Below, one piece after another: positions 1 through 10,170 of a stretch of 64,000 nt of DNA (the stretch's first letter is position 1; the number at the start of each line of letters is the position of its first letter). The DNA comes from Acidobacteriota bacterium (GTDB lineage Bacteria; Acidobacteriota; UBA890; WLXD01), in NCBI GenBank assembly GCA_963666055.2, contig CAXWPH010000015.1, positions 1,632,001 to 1,696,000 on the forward strand. The letters run 5' to 3'. The notes beneath the pieces were generated by a model. That model did no database searches, was not told the DNA's origin, and saw only the letters and a list, made by a program, of their open reading frames with translations. Position numbers and translations under genes: made by a program.

Positions 1-988
1 TGTCGAGGCGATCTCGCAGCACCCGTGATTGATCCTGCCAGGTGGTTAGCGTGATGCCCTCCGGCACCCGGTGACGCGCTGTCTCGACGTAGCGGCTGAC
101 CGCACGCGACACGTCGAGGGCGCGCTGCTGACCAGTTCGGTAGACCTTGACGAGCATCGCCGGCTTGCCGTCGAAACGTGAGATCTGGTCGGTGTCGGCG
201 AAGCCGTCAACCACGGTGGCGACATCGCCTAGCTGCAGGTGGGTTCCATCCGGCCGCGTCAGTAACGCCAGCCTGTCGAACTGATCCCCTGTATAGGCCT
301 GCCCCATGGTGCGTAGCAGGATCTCGCCGCCGGCGGTCTTGACCGAGCCCCCGGGCAGGTCGATCGACGAGCGTCGCACCGCGTTGGCGATGAAGTCGAA
401 GGTGATGCCGTGCCGGCGCAGTGAATCTTCGGAGACCTCGATCGTCACCTCGTAGGGGCGCGCGTTGGCGATCTCCACCTGAGTGATCTCGGGTAACGCC
501 GCGATCTCGTCGCGCACGCGTTCGGCCAGGTGCTTGAGGGAGAGCTCATCGGTGTCGCCGAAGATCGCCACGTCGACCACCTGCCGACGGTTCGTGAGCT
601 CGCGAATAATCGGTTTCTCGGTTTCCTGTGGGAAGGTCTCGATAGCATCGACGCTGGTCTTGACGTCGTCGAGAACCTTACGCGCGTCGGCGTCGATCTC
701 GAGCTCGATCATGACGGTGCCGATGCCCTCCGCGGCCGTGGAGGTGAGCTGCTTGATGCCGTCGATGCCCTGGACCGCCTCCTCGATGCGTACGTTGACT
801 CCCTGCTCGACCTCTTCGGGCGCGGCCCCCAGATAGCGCACGGTTACCTGGATGAGGTCGAGCGCGAACTCCGGAAACACCTCCTGTGGAACCCTGCCGA
901 CGGTCATCAGACCGGCGCCGAGAACGAACACCATGAGCAGGTTGGCAGCGACGCGGTTGCGCGCGAACCAGCCGATGGCGCCGTTCAT
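1..988 (-). CDS. RND efflux transporter, AcrB/AcrD/AcrF family (5' part; runs off window)
   Basis: Read manually from ATG 988: MNGAIGWFARNRVAANLLMV...FPEFALDLIQVTVRYLGAAPEEVEQGV, a typical RND N-terminus. ATGA overlap with the adaptor stop. Confidence 0.9.
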   Translation of the reverse strand, partial: MNGAIGWFARNRVAANLLMVFVLGAGLMTVGRVPQEVFPEFALDLIQVTVRYLGAAPEEVEQGVNVRIEEAVQGIDGIKQLTSTAAEGIGTVMIELEIDADARKVLDDVKTSVDAIETFPQETEKPIIRELTNRRQVVDVAIFGDTDELSLKHLAERVRDEIAALPEITQVEIANARPYEVTIEVSEDSLRRHGITFDFIANAVRRSSIDLPGGSVKTAGGEILLRTMGQAYTGDQFDRLALLTRPDGTHLQLGDVATVVDGFADTDQISRFDGKPAMLVKVYRTGQQRALDVSRAVSRYVETARHRVPEGITLTTWQDQSRVLRDRLD

Positions 989-2052
989 CGGCCCAACTGG
1001 CCGGCGCCCGCCCGATCAACGCCCCGCGATTCGACCCGTACCACCATGCCGTCGGTCACCGCGTCCAACGCCGACAGCACGACCCGCTCGCCATCATGCA
1101 GCCCGGATCGCACCACGAGAGTGTCACGCGTGGCTCGCAGGATCTCGATTTCGCGGTAGCGCAAGCGCTGTTGCTCATCGACCACGAGCACGCGGCCGTC
1201 AACACGTACTGCGGCGCGCGGTAGCAGCACGACATCGCTGACCATTGCGCCTTCGATCTCGGCCCGTACGTACATGCCCACCGCGAGCGGCGGGCGCTGT
1301 CGATCAGCGCCGCGTCCGTACGGATTCCGCACCTGGGCAACGGCATGGACCATGCGGCTCGATGGGTCGATCTCGCCCTCCGTTCGCACCAGGCGTCCCT
1401 GCCACTCGTGTGTCTTACCGGCGAACTCGGCGCGCAACGTGACGCGCGGCCCAGCGCGCTGGGACTCCCCCCGATATACCAGCGGCAGCTCTGCCAGGAA
1501 GGCGAGCTCGCCGTCGGGCAGCGGTAGCCGGATCTCGGCGAAGTCGATAGCGTAGATGGATCCCACGGCTGCCCCGGCGGCAACGAACTGGCCCACGTCG
1601 ACTGTCTTTTCGCGCACGCGGCCGGCGTAAGGCGCACGCAGCTCGGTGCGTTCGAGGTTGCGCTCCGCTTGCCCCAGGTTGGCTTGGGCAGCCGCTAGCG
1701 CCGCGCGGGCGTTCTCGAGCTGCGGCACGTGGGCAGTCAATGCTGACGCCGGTCCCTCGCCCAGTTCTTGCCATTCGCGCACCGCGATCTCGGCCTCCGC
1801 CTGGGCTTGCGCTTGGCGCAGCCTGGAGGCCGCAACCTCGGCGCGAGTGCCAATGCGCGCTTGCTCGTAGTCGTGTGCATCGATGCGCAGCAGCGGCGCG
1901 TCGGCCTCGAAAAAGCCACCGGACACGAAATCAGGGGATACCCATTAGCACTCGCCCAGAGACCTCGGGCACAACGCGGCTCTCGGTCCGCGGGCGCACC
2001 GTACCCTGGCTCTCGACCACCATGCGGTGCTCCTGCCGACCTGGCGCCTCAT
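985..2052 (-). pseudogene. RND periplasmic adaptor (MFP), disrupted in this assembly
   Basis: ORF 985-1926 has MFP motifs (LRAPYAGRV, GMYVRAEIEG). The upstream part VVESQGTVRPRTES..EVSGRV is in another frame (+1 A near 1945). Likely ATG 2052 is out of frame again and the N-terminal membrane anchor is missing. Confidence 0.75.
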
Positions 2053-3512
2053 CGCTGGCTCTCCGAATCGGTCTCGGTCGAGGTGGTTGTGGTCTCGGCA
2101 TAGGTGCGGTCGACGTGGAATCCGCCCCCCAATGCCAGATACAGATCAACACGGTTGTCGAGACGCTGGCGGCGCGCGGCGAGCAACGCGCTCTCGGCAT
2201 CGAAGGTGCGGCGTTGCGCCTCGAGCACGGTCACGTAACCCTCCAGGCCGTTTCGATAGCGCTCGTTGGCGAGACGCTCGGCGGCGCCCGATTGCTCCGC
2301 CGCAGCTTCTAGCTGGCCCACCTGGTCGGCTAGCAGCGTCTCCGCTGCCAACGCGGACTCAACCTCGGCGTAGGCGCGCAGCGCCGTTCCTACATAGACG
2401 GCGGTGGCCTCGTCGATGCCGGCCTGTGCCACATCGACTCCGGCGCGCAGCCGGCCGCCCTGGAGCAGTGGTGCCACGAGGTTTCCGACCAGGCTCCATA
2501 CCGAAAAATCACCCTTCACCAAGTCGCCCAGCTGGTTGCTCGATGTGCCACCGGACGCGGTCAGGCTCAGTCGCGGATAGAGGGCAGCGCGTGCTCCGAG
2601 GAGCCGCTGATCAGCTGCTACGAGTCGGCGCTCGGCGGCGGCCAGGTCGGGCCGACGTGCGACCAAATCCGCCGGCAGACCAGACGGCACTGCCGCGGGC
2701 GTGTCGATCAGCGTTGCCGGGAACTCGAACTCGCCGCCGGGATAGACGCCAAGCAGTACCTGGAGCTGGCGGCCGGCAGCGTCGAGTTGCCGGTGCCGAG
2801 CCAGCAGCGTGGCGCTAGCTCCTGCCGCCCGCGCCATCGCCAAGCGTAAATCAAGCGGCGGGCGAACGCCGCGCTCGAATCGCGCCCGTACCTGTTCGGA
2901 CGACCGTGTGAAGCTGCTTACGGTGCGCCTGGCAAGATCGACCTGCTGCTGGCCCTCGGCCACCGCAAACCACGCCTTGGAGGTCTGCGCGGCGATCGAC
3001 AGTAGAGCGCCAGCGTAATCGGCTTCGGTAGCCTGGTAAGTGGCGAGACCCTCCCGCGCCCGGGCGCCGAGACGGCCCCAGAGGTCGGCCTCCCACGATA
3101 GCTCGAGCGAGACGCCGTAGTTGGTCGATGTGGTGGTGAGAACGCGGTCGTCGTTGCCGGGAATCGGAAAGCCAACGAAGTTCTGCTTGCGGCGCGCACC
3201 CAGGGCGCTGGCACCGAGTTGCGGGCGCAGATCAGCGCCAGCGATTCGCGCGGTGGCCTCGGCGCCCGCCACACGTGCGGCCGCGGCCAGGACATCGGTG
3301 TTGTACTGAAGGGCTTGCTCCACCGCCGCGGCCAGGCCGTGTTCGCCAAAGTCCAACCACCAGCTGGCACTGACGGCGATGGGCTCGACAGGCGCGTCGC
3401 GGCCGAACGCCGGGGGCACCGCGAGACCCGTTGTTGGCTTGGTGGAGTTGGGGGTGGAGACGCAGCCGACAGCAGCCAGGAGGACGACCGCGGCGATGGC
3501 GAGTCGATTCAT
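2049..3512 (-). CDS. Outer-membrane efflux lipoprotein, NodT/OprM/TolC family
   Basis: Lipobox AVGC; SWEADLWGR, PSGLPADLVARRPD and LYLALGGG motifs. Confidence 0.93.
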   Translation of the reverse strand: MNRLAIAAVVLLAAVGCVSTPNSTKPTTGLAVPPAFGRDAPVEPIAVSASWWLDFGEHGLAAAVEQALQYNTDVLAAAARVAGAEATARIAGADLRPQLGASALGARRKQNFVGFPIPGNDDRVLTTTSTNYGVSLELSWEADLWGRLGARAREGLATYQATEADYAGALLSIAAQTSKAWFAVAEGQQQVDLARRTVSSFTRSSEQVRARFERGVRPPLDLRLAMARAAGASATLLARHRQLDAAGRQLQVLLGVYPGGEFEFPATLIDTPAAVPSGLPADLVARRPDLAAAERRLVAADQRLLGARAALYPRLSLTASGGTSSNQLGDLVKGDFSVWSLVGNLVAPLLQGGRLRAGVDVAQAGIDEATAVYVGTALRAYAEVESALAAETLLADQVGQLEAAAEQSGAAERLANERYRNGLEGYVTVLEAQRRTFDAESALLAARRQRLDNRVDLYLALGGGFHVDRTYAETTTTSTETDSESQR

Positions 3513-4204
3513 CGGGAGGGTGCCTGCGGCGTTGCCGCGCCGCTATCGAGCAGTTCGGAGACGAGCTCGAAATCTGCTGGAGCGCGCATTCCGGCAGTGG
3601 CGAACGCGACTAGCGAGTGGAGCACCTCGTCGCTCTGCGGCTCCGCCGTCGAGCACAGGCTGGGGATCTGCTGGCACCAGCAGAACGTGTGGGCCAATGA
3701 GCCGATGCAGTAGTGCATGCGTCGCGTGATCTCGTAGGAGCTCACCGTGGGCAAGGCACGCGCGAAGGCGTCGTGGAAGCGATCACGGACAGTCTCGAAC
3801 TGCTGCATGAAGAGCTCGTGGATCGAGTGGTTGGGGTCGGCATAGACGCGGCTGACTACACGCATGTAGCGCTCGCCGGCGTCGCCCGACTGGTGGCGCA
3901 TGTGGAACGGCGGCTCCAGCCAGGCCCAGAGGATCTGCTCCAGCTGTACCGGATGGTCGCTGCCCTCGGCCTCCAACTCTGAAAGCATCTGTAGCCGGCG
4001 GTCGTTCATAGGCTGGAATCGGCGCTCGAATACTGCTGCCAGCAACGAGTCCTTGCTGCCGAAGTGATAGTTGACGGAGGCTAGGTTGGCGTTGGCCAGT
4101 GCGGTGACGTCGCGTAACGATGTCGCCGTGATGCCCTTATCACCGAACAGTTGCTCGGCGGCGTCGAGTAGGCGGTCCTTGGTGGTGGTCGTGGTCGTGG
4201 TCAT
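3509..4204 (-). CDS. TetR/AcrR family regulator (PsrA-like)
   Basis: TKDRLLDAAEQLF..TSLRDVT..ANLASVNYHFGSKD HTH; first gene of the efflux operon. Confidence 0.92.
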   Translation of the reverse strand: MTTTTTTTKDRLLDAAEQLFGDKGITATSLRDVTALANANLASVNYHFGSKDSLLAAVFERRFQPMNDRRLQMLSELEAEGSDHPVQLEQILWAWLEPPFHMRHQSGDAGERYMRVVSRVYADPNHSIHELFMQQFETVRDRFHDAFARALPTVSSYEITRRMHYCIGSLAHTFCWCQQIPSLCSTAEPQSDEVLHSLVAFATAGMRAPADFELVSELLDSGAATPQAPSR

Positions 4205-4211
4205 CGCGTCC

Positions 4212-4232
4212 GGGGGGGGGGGGGGGGGGGGG
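4212..4232. repeat. Poly-G homopolymer (21 nt)
   Basis: Directly visible, 7 nt upstream of the tetR ATG. Confidence 0.95.
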
Positions 4233-4293
4233 TAAGGGTCTGGCGTCCGGGCTGGTACTTGCCGGTGGTGTCACGATGGGAGAGCTGAGACCG

Positions 4294-4311
4294 TTCAAAC
4301 GTTCGTATGAA
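4294..4311. promoter_or_regulatory. Putative TetR operator (imperfect palindrome TTCAAACGTTCGTATGAA)
   Basis: Palindrome upstream of tetR resembling the PsrA-type CAAAC-N-GTTTG box; a second half-site TCATACG follows. Confidence 0.6.
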
Positions 4312-4566
4312 TCATACGTATGGTCGACTAGCCCGGCAAGTCGTCCGCACTTGCCAACGCCGGGGACGGCAGAGAAGTAGCGCGGTGCGCGTCGCAGCCG
4401 CTAGCGACGGTCCGACTCGCCCGCTGCGGCGGACGGAACGCGAGCAATCGTCGGCGCGAAATGAAACGTCGGCCGTCGAAGCTGCGTATAACTTGGCAGG
4501 GTCGAGTGCGTTTCGCGGCGGGCGACCCAGCCTGCCAGCGCACCGCGGCCCCCCACGGAGGATCCC

Positions 4567-5364
4567 ATGCTCGGTAGTCTGGCGCGGATTTTCGGCCTGG
4601 GGCGGTCCGCACGGACGCCGGAATTTACCGTATCTTCCGGCGCGGGCGACGGCGACTCGGCCGATGGACCGATGATTCGACTACGCGGAGTCGAGAGGGC
4701 ATTCGGCAGCGGTGCTTCGCGCACCGTCGCCCTGGAGGGCGTCGATTTGGAGATCGAGCGCGGTGAGTTTGTCGGCGTTGACGGACCGTCCGGCAGCGGC
4801 AAGACCACGCTACTTTCGATTCTCGGCCTCCTGGACACGCCAACTGCGGGCAGCTACCTGCTGAATGGGCGTGCCGTCGAGGACATGCCCGCCGCCCAGC
4901 GTGCGCGTACGCGCAACCGCGAGATCGGGTTCATCTTTCAAAGCTTCAACCTGATCGGCGACATGACCGTAGTCGAGAACGTCGACCTCCCGTTGAGCTA
5001 CTTGGGCTTACCCGGTGGTGAGCGGCGCGACCGGGTTCGGGAAGCCTTGGAGCGTGTCGGTATGGCGTCGAAGGCGGGCTCCTACCCGAGCCAGCTCTCA
5101 GGCGGGCATTAACAACGGGTCGCCGTTGCCCGGGCGGTGGTTGGTGAGCCGCAGATCCTGCTGGCCGACGAGCCCACCGGCAACCTCAACTCGGAAGAGG
5201 CCAGCGTGGTGATCCAGATGTTGGCCGAGTTGCATGATGCCGGATCGACGATCTGCCTGGTCACCCACGATCCCAGGTGGCGGGAGGTTACGCGGCGAAC
5301 CGTGCACCTTTTCGACGGTTGCGTTGTTGAGCCGGCGGCGGGGCCTGCAGCGCCGATTTCCTAG
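4567..5364 (+). pseudogene. ABC ATPase, LolD/MacB-type, with in-frame TAA at 5110-5112
   Basis: GPSGSGKT Walker A; LSGGH*QRVAVARA continues in frame to ILLADEPTGNL and VTHD. Confidence 0.85.
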
Positions 5365-5373
5365 CGGTTGGAG

Positions 5374-5862
5374 CTACGATCCCAGCCGCGCGCCTCGTGG
5401 CGCCTGGATCAAATCACCGTCGCGGAGGATCAAATCCGGCTCGTACACGTCGTGGCCCCAATCCTGCGGCGGTTTGGGGCCACGGGCGGCGTCGGAACCG
5501 AGCGACGCGAGCACGAAGTGCTTGCCGTCGGTGTGGTAGACCCATGCCGTCCCCCACGGATCGGTGAGGCTGAGTCCCCTCAGGCTCTTCTCGAGCTCGG
5601 CAATGGATTCGGCGTATCGCCCGGTGCGCAACAGGTATGCCGTGTTCGCCTTGCCGATCGTCGTCATGTCGGCAAGCGTCTTGCTCTGGTTGACGCGATC
5701 GCGAAGCTCCCCGGACAGCGGATTCGACAGGCTGAGGCCATCCTCACCCCCGTAGTACATGTTCGCCGACATGGTGATGCCGGCGCTCATGCCGAGGGTC
5801 ATCAGCATGCCGAGCAGCACGCTGTATGAGGTTGCGCCGCGGTGGTTGCTAAGGCAGGGCAT
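5374..5862 (-). CDS. GspG-like pseudopilin domain protein
   Basis: GGAGGGA RBS before ATG 5862; hydrophobic N-terminus; DPWGTAWVY...FVLASLGSD as in the T2SS-G C-terminal domain. Confidence 0.65.
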   Translation of the reverse strand: MPCLSNHRGATSYSVLLGMLMTLGMSAGITMSANMYYGGEDGLSLSNPLSGELRDRVNQSKTLADMTTIGKANTAYLLRTGRYAESIAELEKSLRGLSLTDPWGTAWVYHTDGKHFVLASLGSDAARGPKPPQDWGHDVYEPDLILRDGDLIQAPRGARLGS

Positions 5863-6351
5863 GGGATCGTTCCCTCCTGGCGTCAGGCCAAATCCGACCT
5901 TAGCAGCGTCGGAATGGAGGCCAAAGCCAATTGCGGCCGCGACGGTGTATCCACCGACGCCAACCCCCGTAGCGCCTGCCTGGGGAGCGCCCCAAGTGGG
6001 TCGCCACGGGATAGTGCAAGCTCGCTTGCCGTAACCGATGCCCCGGCGGCAGTTTCCGCAAGAGCTCGGAGAATATCGTACTAACGAGCAGCCTGAAGAA
6101 GATGGCCGCGGGGGTCGCGCAAGGCTCCACTGCGCGCCGGTGGTCACGTCACTGTCGTTGCGGCGCTTCCGCCTGCCCCGGAGTGGGTGGAGCTGGCAAC
6201 GGCGTGCGTAGTGGCGGCGTCGCCGCTGGGCTTCGCGACGGTGCTGGACGCTCGTTCGGGCGGTGGGCGCCGACGCTGACACGCGACGTCTCGGCAGTCT
6301 CGTTGCACGGCCGAATTGCAGTATGGACTCGATGCCGCGTATGGTGCTCGC

Positions 6352-8643
6352 ATGAAGCCGTACTGGAGACCGGTTTGGCTGGCGGCGGTGATCCTCGCGG
6401 CAACGACGTTGACGACCTCGACGTCGGTAGCGGGAGTCGCCGTCGCGCAGCAGGCTAGCCCGACAGGCTCCGACCACTCCGCAGCGTCAACGACCGGGTT
6501 CCGGTGCGCTTTCGCCGAGACCACCATCACCACCTCGGCGGATCTGCACTGCATGGAGCTGTTTCCAACGTTGCGAGCTGGCGATGCGCGTGGCCTGGTC
6601 GAGCTCGGGCGGGTGCGCTCACCCTTTGGCATCGCGGTAACAGTCGAGGGCCGGCAGCGCTATCGCCTCACCCTGCTCATCGAGGGGCTGCCGGATCCCT
6701 CCGAGCTCGGAGCCGCGGCCTACGTCGCCTGGGTCACTACGCCATGGCTGGATCCGGTGACTCGACTTGGCGAGGTGCGCAACGGGCTCACCGATCTCGG
6801 CGAGGTCGCCCACAACAAGTTCTGGATCTGGATCAGCGCGGAGGTGTCGCCCGACGTCACGACTCGAGACGGAAAGTTGGTCTTGCGCGGCAGATCGCCG
6901 AGCTCGCGCATGAGCCCCGAGGACCTGATCACTCAGGCACCGTTGGCCTTGGTAGCGGCGGACGGCGCCGTTGGACACGGTGGTGACCATGCCGCCGGAA
7001 TGCGCATGAGTGCCCCGGCGCCGCCGATGCACCCGGCTGTACCGATGATTCCGGGTGTGGCCGCGTTGCGCCCGGAGGTTACGCCGTGGCTTCCCCCGGT
7101 AGCGGATCCTGAAGCGGTGCCGCTGGCCATACCAAGCCAGATCGTCCGTTTGGGTGACGGCGGCACGCTCGATCTCGAGGCTGGCCTTGTCCGCCGGCAG
7201 CTGGGCGGTCGCACCTATTTCATGTACGGCTTCAACGGTCAGATACCCGGCCCGCTGATCCATGTTCCGGAGAAGGCGACGATTTTCGTCAACTTCGAGA
7301 ATCAGACCGCCTTGCCGACCGCGATTCACTGGCACGGGGTGCGTCTCGACAACCGCTTCGACGGCGTGCCCGGGGTGACCCAAGACGCCATTCTTCCAGG
7401 CGAGAGCTTCCGGTATCAGGTGTATTTCCGCGACGCGGGAATCTACTGGTACCACCCTCACCACCGCGAGGACATCGCGCAGGACCTGGGGCTGTACGGC
7501 AACATGCTCGTCGACCCGGCAGCGGGCAACGCCTACGGGCCGGTGAACAGCGAACAGGTGCTCATGCTCGACGACCTGCTGCTCGGCGAGCAGGGCTTCG
7601 TACCCTATGGCACCGAGTCGGCCAACTTCATGCTTATGGGGCGGTTCGGCAACATGCTGCTGGTGAACGGCGAGCCACAGTACGAGCTCGAGGCAATGCG
7701 TGGCGAGGTGGTTCGCTTCTTCTTCACCAATGTTGCCAACACGCGTACGTTCAACCTGAGCTTTCGTCCCGAGGGCGGGGCCAGGCCTCTCCCCATGAAG
7801 GTGATCGCCACCGATGTGTCGCGATTCGAGCGCCAGGTGTGGGCCGACAGCCTGGTCATCGCGCCGGCCGAGCGCTATATCGTCGAAGTGCGCTTCGCGG
7901 AGCCTGGTCGCGTACGCATGGTCAATGTGGTTCAAGGAATCAACCACCGCGCCGGCACGTTCTTTACGGAGTCCAAGGAGCTCGGAGTCGTACGAGTGAG
8001 CGACGATCGGGTCGACGTCGACCTCGCCGAGAGTCACGCGATGCTGCGCGTCAACGACGACATCACGACAGAGATCGGAGCTTACCGCGACCACTTCGAT
8101 CGCCCGCCGGATCACCAGCTGGTCCTGCGGCTGGAGGCCGGGGAGCTACCCCTCGTTGTCGATCAGCTGATGGCTCTCGACCGCGTGTACTTCAACCCGG
8201 CGGAGTGGGCCGGGACCATGCCGATGATGAATTGGGTCAGCACCGGCGAGCGGATCCAGTGGTTGCTGGTCGACCCGAATACTGGCAACCGAAACACCGA
8301 CATCGACGACTGGAAGTTCCAGGTCGGCGACGTTGTCAAGATCCGCATCACCAACGACCGGGGCTCGTTTCACGCCATGCAGCATCCGATCCATTTCCAT
8401 GGGCAACGCTTCCTCGTACTGCAACAGGACGGCGTTCCGAACGACAATCTGGCGTGGAAAGACACCGTGCTGCTGCCGGTGGCGTCGACCACCGATCTAC
8501 TATTGGAGCTGTCCAACCCGGGGCGGTGGATGGTGCACTGCCACATCGCCGAGCACCTGGAATCGGGCATGAAGATGGTTTTCACGGTCGACGGCGATGC
8601 CCCGGTGAAACCAACGGCGCAGATCTCGCATGATCCCCACTAG
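6352..8643 (+). CDS. Multicopper oxidase (three cupredoxin domains) with N-terminal extension
   Basis: HWHG, WYHPH, HPIHFHG and HCHIAEHLESGM copper motifs; signal peptide from ATG 6352. Confidence 0.93.
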   Translation: MKPYWRPVWLAAVILAATTLTTSTSVAGVAVAQQASPTGSDHSAASTTGFRCAFAETTITTSADLHCMELFPTLRAGDARGLVELGRVRSPFGIAVTVEGRQRYRLTLLIEGLPDPSELGAAAYVAWVTTPWLDPVTRLGEVRNGLTDLGEVAHNKFWIWISAEVSPDVTTRDGKLVLRGRSPSSRMSPEDLITQAPLALVAADGAVGHGGDHAAGMRMSAPAPPMHPAVPMIPGVAALRPEVTPWLPPVADPEAVPLAIPSQIVRLGDGGTLDLEAGLVRRQLGGRTYFMYGFNGQIPGPLIHVPEKATIFVNFENQTALPTAIHWHGVRLDNRFDGVPGVTQDAILPGESFRYQVYFRDAGIYWYHPHHREDIAQDLGLYGNMLVDPAAGNAYGPVNSEQVLMLDDLLLGEQGFVPYGTESANFMLMGRFGNMLLVNGEPQYELEAMRGEVVRFFFTNVANTRTFNLSFRPEGGARPLPMKVIATDVSRFERQVWADSLVIAPAERYIVEVRFAEPGRVRMVNVVQGINHRAGTFFTESKELGVVRVSDDRVDVDLAESHAMLRVNDDITTEIGAYRDHFDRPPDHQLVLRLEAGELPLVVDQLMALDRVYFNPAEWAGTMPMMNWVSTGERIQWLLVDPNTGNRNTDIDDWKFQVGDVVKIRITNDRGSFHAMQHPIHFHGQRFLVLQQDGVPNDNLAWKDTVLLPVASTTDLLLELSNPGRWMVHCHIAEHLESGMKMVFTVDGDAPVKPTAQISHDPH

Positions 8644-8656
8644 CACAGTAGGAGCC

Positions 8657-10066
8657 ATGACCAAGCCACTGCTTGTCGCCATAGCAACCGTCGCTCTTAT
8701 CGCCGCAGCGTCGACGCCCCAGGAGCTCTCGGAGGAAGTGCTCGAATACGTTGCTGTGCGGGCCCCGGAAGTGGCGCTGACCCACGTGCGGGTGGTAGAC
8801 GGCACCGGTGCGCCGGCGATGGAGGATCAAACGATCCTCATCCGTAACGGTCGCATTGCCGCGGTCGGCGACGCCGACTCCATTGATGTGGGATCTGAGG
8901 TCGAGGTGGTGGAGCTGCACGGTCACACGGTGATCCCCGGCCTCGTCGGGCTACATGACCACAGCTACTACACGACATCTCGACGCGCCGTGCAGATGAG
9001 CTTTACCGGACCACGCCTGTACTTGGCCGCCGGGGTGACGACGATTCGCACCACCGGCAGCGAGTATCCGTACGCCGAGATCAACCTCAAGAAGGCGATC
9101 GAGGCGGGACAGGTGCCGGGACCGCGGATGTTCGTAACCGGCCCTTACCTCACCGGTGATCAGGGCTCCATGAACATGGCGCGGCTGTCGGATCCTGAGC
9201 ACGCGCGGCGCGTTGTGAGCTACTGGGCCGAAGAGGGTGTCGACTGGTTCAAGGCCTACACGTGGATCAGCCGCGACGAGCTCGCAGCGGCGATCGACGA
9301 GGCCCACAAGCACGGCATCAAGGTGACCGCTCACCTGTGCTCGGTGAGTTTTCGGGAGGCGGTCGAGGCGGGCATCGACAACATCGAGCACGGTCTTCTG
9401 ACCAACAGCGACTACGACGAGACGCGCTCACCCGACGCCTGCTCCAGCAACCTCATGCAGAGTGTTACGGAGCTCGATCTCTCGAGCGAGGAAGTAGAAA
9501 CTACCTTCAGAGAGATGGTTGCGGCTGGCGTTCCAATGACCACCACACCGGTGGTGTACGAGATGTTCGTCAAGGGTCGCACCGAGCTCGACCCGCGGGC
9601 TCGCGAGGCGCTCGCGCCTGGAGCGCTCGAGGAAGTCGTCGCCGCGGCGGCGCGCATCGAGGAGAGCGGTTCGATCGCGCCCGAGCTGTTCTTGAAGGCG
9701 CTGCAGTACGACTACAAATTCGTCGAATCCGGTGGCGTGCTGGCGGCGGGAGTCGATCCGACCGGCTACGGTGCGGCGCTGCCGGGCTTCGGCGACCAGC
9801 GCAATTTCGAGCTCCTACTCGAGACCGATTTCACCCCAGTTGAAGCGATACAGATCATCAGCGCCAACGGCGCCAAGGTGCTCGGCATTTACGATGAGGT
9901 CGGTTCCGTGGAAGTCGGAAAGCAAGCCGATTTGGTGGTGCTCCATGGCAATCCCGTCGCCGACCCGCGCGACATCCGCAACGTAACGCTGGTCTTCAAG
10001 GAGGGGGTCGGTTACGACGCCGCCAAGCTGATCGAGTCGGTGCGCGGACTGGTCGGCATTCAGTGA
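8657..10066 (+). CDS. Secreted metal-dependent amidohydrolase
   Basis: GGAG RBS; PGLVGLHDH, AAGVTTIR, IEHG and GKQADLVVL motifs. Confidence 0.9.
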   Translation: MTKPLLVAIATVALIAAASTPQELSEEVLEYVAVRAPEVALTHVRVVDGTGAPAMEDQTILIRNGRIAAVGDADSIDVGSEVEVVELHGHTVIPGLVGLHDHSYYTTSRRAVQMSFTGPRLYLAAGVTTIRTTGSEYPYAEINLKKAIEAGQVPGPRMFVTGPYLTGDQGSMNMARLSDPEHARRVVSYWAEEGVDWFKAYTWISRDELAAAIDEAHKHGIKVTAHLCSVSFREAVEAGIDNIEHGLLTNSDYDETRSPDACSSNLMQSVTELDLSSEEVETTFREMVAAGVPMTTTPVVYEMFVKGRTELDPRAREALAPGALEEVVAAAARIEESGSIAPELFLKALQYDYKFVESGGVLAAGVDPTGYGAALPGFGDQRNFELLLETDFTPVEAIQIISANGAKVLGIYDEVGSVEVGKQADLVVLHGNPVADPRDIRNVTLVFKEGVGYDAAKLIESVRGLVGIQ

Positions 10067-10170
10067 CGGCCCGTATCACGTTCCTGGTTCGGGCCGGGTT
10101 GCATTCTTCTGGCTGGGCCCGTAGCTTCCGGGCATCGGAAACCAATGTAGCTAGTGGCAGCGGGCTGGCA

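Noticed and set aside
5110-5112. Programmed readthrough or selenocysteine recoding
   Set aside because: The codon is TAA at a conserved Gln position; a point mutation or error is simpler.
6300-6322. Sigma-54 promoter upstream of the multicopper oxidase
   Set aside because: GG-to-GC spacing does not fit -24/-12.
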